A stretch of DNA of 64,000 nt, taken from NCBI RefSeq assembly GCF_009914755.1, contig NC_060948.1. The stretch is one strand, 5' to 3'. Position numbers and translations under genes: made by a program. The notes below the pieces were generated by a model. It was not told the DNA's origin and ran no database searches. It was given only the letters and a program-made list of their open reading frames with translations. The first letter of the stretch is position 1. The number at the start of each line of letters is the position of its first letter. Of the stretch, positions 57,139-64,000 are shown piece after piece. The stretch comes from the human T2T-CHM13v2.0 reference genome, Homo sapiens.

Positions 57139-59243
57139 AGATCCATATTTTTTAAATGAAAAAAAATTTCAAAGGTACTCTGCTTGGTACAATAATCAAA
57201 TGTATAAACTGAGGAATAAAACATAACCATGAAACCTACTTATAACTGCATATGGAAAATACAGAGGATAATTTTTTAAATAACATATTTTGAAAGCCTT
57301 AACTAGTAATTTGAAGAGTTGGCATTTGAAAGGCCAGTATGAATATACCTTCAAAGCAGCAACACAGGTTCCCCGTGAGAAAAAGCAAACTCAGGGGAAA
57401 TAAAACCACAAAGGTTCAATCTCTTCTGACCTTTGAAAGACACAGCACAGACAGTGGTCCTTAGGACGAAGAGCAGGAGACCCCTAATTCCGTCACCATG
57501 GCGATAGGGCATAAACATTGCTGGGTGAGGGCACAATCCACATTGTGAGGTCCAACTGCTGCCAGGAAGACAGGAGTGCTTTTACATAGACCGAAAGGTC
57601 ATTGAAGGCTCAGAGTTTTGTTTCAAGAACTGAATCCCAAGCCCACACGTTATTAGGCTGCGCTTCTTAAAACAAGTTATGAGATGGGAAAAAGGGCACC
57701 CACAAACATACGTATACATTATGTATATAATAATATACAGTATCATATATATAATATATATAACCTATGTATAATATTGTTTTACATCCTGCATCTTATG
57801 TTATATATATTGTATAAAATATAATAATTGATAATATATAAGTTTTATAATTATACAGTAAGACATATAGTATATATTATAATTTATGACATATGTAATA
57901 TATGTTATATGTCATATATAGAATATATTATACGGTTAATATACGTATTAAATATAAATTATACATTATATATATTATATATAATATATCTGTTATATAT
58001 AATACCCATTATGCATAATATATATATTATGTCTATGTTATATATAGTATAAAACAACATATAATAATATATAATTGTATATATAAAATGCGACATATAA
58101 TATATATTATATTTTATAACATATGAAATATATATTATATATTATATATAATACGTTGTATGTATAATACCAATATTAAATATATATTATATGACTATGT
58201 TATTAATTACATGTCACATGTGTTATATATTATATATTTTACATAGAATATACCGGTTACATACAATATATACTATGTTACCTATAATGTATAATTTATT
58301 ACATGTAAAATAAATAATGGAATATATTATGTATAATTTATAATATACCATATGTGGAATGTGATATATATAACATATAATATATGATATATGATATACA
58401 GTATATGATATATAACATACAATATATGATTCCTAATATATATGGTATACAATATATATTTTATGATATGTATTCTATATGTTTTATATTCTGTTATATA
58501 TAACTATTTGAAATTATATATAACTGTATAATATTTTATGTAAATATGTAATATAATATATGTAACTATATAATATATTATATATAACTATATATTATGT
58601 TATATATACTTTTATAATATAATTTACATAAAATATCATAATATAATATATATTATATTATTTCATATTACATAATATATATTACATATCACCCAATATA
58701 CCTAACATACATAATATTATTATATAGATTATATTGTGTTATATTAAATATCATATATATCATGTATCATATATTCTATAATATATATTACACATTATAT
58801 AATATGTATGTAGTCTATTATGTGATATATATAACTATATATATAATTATATTTTTATACATATAACTAGATAAACATGTAATTCTACATATTTTCATTT
58901 ATAATATGTAGAATTATATAATCATATATAATTATTTATATTCTATAAAAAATTTTATCATTCTATAAATTATAATATATAAAAATTATAATATGTACTA
59001 CAAATATATATATTATATATCATATATGATATAGTACCTTTGTTATATATCATAATACATATAAATGTGTATTATGTTATCTATAATTATATAATTTCAT
59101 ATATAAGATGTATAATATGTATCATATATTATATATGTTATGTAATATATATAGTATATATAAGATGACACAGGATAAATATTATATACTATGACATATA
59201 AAATATATGAGGTTATATGTTACATATAAGGCATAGCACATAA

Positions 59244-59558
<315 letters not shown>

Positions 59559-61663
59559 AGATCCATATTTTTTAAATGAAAAAAAATTTCAAAGGTACTC
59601 TGCTTGGTACAATAATCAAATGTATAAACTGAGGAATAAAACATAACCATGAAACCTACTTATAACTGCATATGGAAAATACAGAGGATAATTTTTTAAA
59701 TAACATATTTTGAAAGCCTTAACTAGTAATTTGAAGAGTTGGCATTTGAAAGGCCAGTATGAATATACCTTCAAAGCAGCAACACAGGTTCCCCATGAGA
59801 AAAAGCAAACTCAGGGGAAATAAAACCACAAAGGTTCAATCTCTTCTGACCTTTGAAAGACACAGCACAGACAGTGGTCCTTAGGACGAAGAGCAGGAGA
59901 CCCCTAATTCCGTCACCATGGCGATAGGGCATAAACATTGCTGGGTGAGGGCACAATCCACATTGTGAGGTCCAACTGCTGCCAGGAAGACAGGAGTGCT
60001 TTTACATAGACCGAAAGGTCATTGAAGGCTCAGAGTTTTGTTTCAAGAACTGAATCCCAAGCCCACACGTTATTAGGCTGCGCTTCTTAAAACAAGTTAT
60101 GAGATGGGAAAAAGGGCACCCACAAACATACGTATACATTATGTATATAATAATATACAGTATCATATATATAATATATATAACCTATGTATAATATTGT
60201 TTTACATCCTGCATCTTATGTTATATATATTGTATAAAATATAATAATTGATAATATATAAGTTTTATAATTATACAGTAAGACATATAGTATATATTAT
60301 AATTTATGACATATGTAATATATGTTATATGTCATATATAGAATATATTATACGGTTAATATACGTATTAAATATAAATTATACATTATATATATTATAT
60401 ATAATATATCTGTTATATATAATACCCATTATGCATAATATATATATTATGTCTATGTTATATATAGTATAAAACAACATATAATAATATATAATTGTAT
60501 ATATAAAATGCGACATATAATATATATTATATTTTATAACATATGAAATATATATTATATATTATATATAATACGTTGTATGTATAATACCAATATTAAA
60601 TATATATTATATGACTATGTTATTAATTACATGTCACATGTGTTATATATTATATATTTTACATAGAATATACCGGTTACATACAATATATACTATGTTA
60701 CCTATAATGTATAATTTATTACATGTAAAATAAAGAATGGAATATATTATGTATAATTTATAATATACCATATGTGGAATGTGATATATATAACATATAA
60801 TATATGATATATGATATACAGTATATGATATATAACATACAATATATGATTCCTAATATATATGGTATACAATATATATTTTATGATATGTATTCTATAT
60901 GTTTTATATTCTGTTATATATAACTATTTGAAATTATATATAACTGTATAATATTTTATGTAAATATGTAATATAATATATATAACTATATAATATATTA
61001 TATATAACTATATATTATGTTATATATACTTTTATAACATAATTTACATAAAATATCATAATATAATATATATTATATTATTTCATATTACATAATATAT
61101 ATTACATATCACCCAATATACCTAACATACATAATATTATTATATAGATTATATTGTGTTATATTAAATATCATATATATCATGTATCATATATTCTATA
61201 ATATATATTACACATTATATAATATGTATGTAGTCTATTATGTGATATATATAACTATATATATAATTATATTTTTATACATATAACTAGATAAACATGT
61301 AATTCTACATATTTTCATTTATAATATGTAGAATTATATAATCATATATAATTATTTATATTCTATAAAAAATTTTATCATTCTATAAATTATAATATAT
61401 AAAAATTATAATATGTACTACAAATATATATATTATATATCATATATGATATAGTACCTTTGTTATATATCATAATACATATAAATGTGTATTATGTTAT
61501 CTATAATTATATAATTTCATATATAAGATGTATAATATGTATCATATATTATATATGTTATGTAATATATATAGTATATATAAGATGACACAGGATAAAT
61601 ATTATATACTATGACATATAAAATATATGAGGTTATATGTTACATATAAGGCATAGCACATAA

Positions 61664-61978
<315 letters not shown>

Positions 61979-64000
61979 AGATCCATATTTTTTAAATGAA
62001 AAAAAATTTCAAAGGTACTCTGCTTGGTACAATAATCAAATGTATAAACTGAGGAATAAAACATAACCATGAAACCTACTTATAACTGCATATGGAAAAT
62101 ACAGAGGATAATTTTTTAAATAACATATTTTGAAAGCCTTAACTAGTAATTTGAAGAGTTGGCATTTGAAAGGCCAGTATGAATATACCTTCAAAGCAGC
62201 AACACAGGTTCCCCGTGAGAAAAAGCAAACTCAGGGGAAATAAAACCACAAAGGTTCAATCTCTTCTGACCTTTGAAAGACACAGCACAGACAGTGGTCC
62301 TTAGGACGAAGAGCAGGAGACCCCTAATTCCGTCACCATGGCGATAGGGCATAAACATTGCTGGGTGAGGGCACAATCCACATTGTGAGGTCCAACTGCT
62401 GCCAGGAAGACAGGAGTGCTTTTACATAGACCGAAAGGTCATTGAAGGCTCAGAGTTTTGTTTCAAGAACTGAATCCCAAGCCCACACGTTATTAGGCTG
62501 CGCTTCTTAAAACAAGTTATGAGATGGGAAAAAGGGCACCCACAAACATACGTATACATTATGTATATAATAATATACAGTATCATATATATAATATATA
62601 TAACCTATGTATAATATTGTTTTACATCCTGCATCTTATGTTATATATATTGTATAAAATATAATAATTGATAATATATAAGTTTTATAATTATACAGTA
62701 AGACATATAGTATATATTATAATTTATGACATATGTAATATATGTTATATGTCATATATAGAATATATTATACGGTTAATATACGTATTAAATATAAATT
62801 ATACATTATATATATTATATATAATATATCTGTTATATATAATACCCATTATGCATAATATATATATTATGTCTATGTTATATATAGTATAAAACAACAT
62901 ATAATAATATATAATTGTATATATAAAATGCGACATATAATATATATTATATTTTATAACATATGAAATATATATTATATATTATATATAATACGTTGTA
63001 TGTATAATACCAATATTAAATATATATTATATGACTATGTTATTAATTACATGTCACATGTGTTATATATTATATATTTTACATAGAATATACCGGTTAC
63101 ATACAATATATACTATGTTACCTATAATGTATAATTTATTACATGTAAAATAAAGAATGGAATATATTATGTATAATTTATAATATACCATATGTGGAAT
63201 GTGATATATATAACATATAATATATGATATATGATATACAGTATATGATATATAACATACAATATATGATTCCTAATATATATGGTATACAATATATATT
63301 TTATGATATGTATTCTATATGTTTTATATTCTGTTATATATAACTATTTGAAATTATATATAACTGTATAATATTTTATGTAAATATGTAATATAATATA
63401 TATAACTATATAATATATTATATATAACTATATATTATGTTATATATACTTTTATAACATAATTTACATAAAATATCATAATATAATATATATTATATTA
63501 TTTCATATTACATAATATATATTACATATCACCCAATATACCTAACATACATAATATTATTATATAGATTATATTGTGTTATATTAAATATCATATATAT
63601 CATGTATCATATATTCTATAATATATATTACACATTATATAATATGTATGTAGTCTATTATGTGATATATATAACTATATATATAATTATATTTTTATAC
63701 ATATAACTAGATAAACATGTAATTCTACATATTTTCATTTATAATATGTAGAATTATATAATCATATATAATTATTTATATTCTATAAAAAATTTTATCA
63801 TTCTATAAATTATAATATATAAAAATTATAATATGTACTACAAATGTATATATTATATATCATATATGATATAGTACCTTTGTTATATATCATAATACAT
63901 ATAAATGTGTATTATGTTATCTATAATTATATAATTTCATATATAAGATGTATAATATGTATCATATATTATATATGTTATGTAATATATATAGTATATA

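Noticed and set aside
60733-60782. HSat3-like 'gaatggaat' and 'tggaatg' words inside the DYZ2 AT block
   Set aside because: These are 7-9 bp matches, one created by a single C>G change. They are expected by chance and are not at the observed junction phase.

Overview
This window is not prokaryotic and contains no credible gene. It is human-type Y-chromosome Yq12 constitutive heterochromatin spanning a DYZ1-to-DYZ2 array junction. Bases 1-5314 are DYZ1 (HSat3), a diverged (GGAAT)n satellite with a 3544-bp higher-order period (one full copy plus about half a copy). From about 5312 to the end is a head-to-tail DYZ2 (HSat1B) array of ~2420-bp units, each made of an AT-rich block (~1.56 kb), an antisense Alu (~292 bp) and an HSATI-like segment (~570 bp), with 24 Alu copies in the window. 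All supplied ORFs are repeat artefacts. I found no evidence of a new biological system. The useful signal is in how the arrays have evolved: a microhomology junction with a 768-bp deletion, rising divergence at array edges, an emerging two-unit higher-order repeat, local duplication clades, a recombinant unit, localised mutation clusters and long-range sharing of variants. Units are numbered U1-U24 by Alu order. Variant counts were made by eye and are approximate.
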